A stretch of DNA of 64,000 nt, taken from Phoronis australis. Its lineage: Eukaryota; Animalia; Phoronida. Within the stretch, counting starts at the first letter, position 1. Each line of letters begins with the position of its first letter. Made by a program: the position numbers and the translations under genes. The stretch spans positions 493,527-557,526 of the forward strand of contig NMRA01000193.1 of assembly GCA_002633005.1 (NCBI GenBank), read 5' to 3'. The notes below the pieces were generated by a model that was not told the origin of the DNA, searched no databases, and worked only from the letters and a program-made list of their open reading frames with translations. Positions 63,972-64,000 of the stretch are shown here, in pieces.

Positions 63972-64000
63972 AATAGAGGGCGCGCGTGTACTAGTGATGA
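63972..64000 (+). mobile_element. Terminus of another copy of the 47459 element family (runs off the window)
   Basis: aatagagggcgcgcgtgtactagtgatga versus aatagagggcgtgcgtgtactagtggtga (27/29 identical). Confidence 0.7.

Overview
AT-rich animal genomic DNA with GT-AG introns, most likely from a marine invertebrate. The window holds three spliced protein-coding genes, all on the minus strand. (1) A 3-exon KIAA1143/DUF4604-like gene (13148->2468, about 146 aa). (2, 3) Two tandem paralogous giant rhodopsin-class GPCRs of the GRL101/LGR type-C group (22154->15301, about 1963 aa; 63306->38620, about 1971 aa). Their predicted architecture is signal peptide, several CUB-like domains, two C-type-lectin-like domains, about 7 LDLa repeats, LRRs and a 7TM region. 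Both have only three large coding exons with the same intron positions and phases. The remainder is a dense mosaic of transposon debris: THAP-bearing ISL2EU-like elements (one interrupted by a 9-bp-TSD insertion), an inverted pair of Kolobok-like elements, Helentron/HINE-like elements, a Penelope-like fragment with a 5' inversion, several MITEs and foldback palindromes, a 20-bp minisatellite, and a dispersed repeat carrying an internal tRNA-like Pol III cassette behind a TGACGTCA site. All calls come from manual reading; no database search was run.
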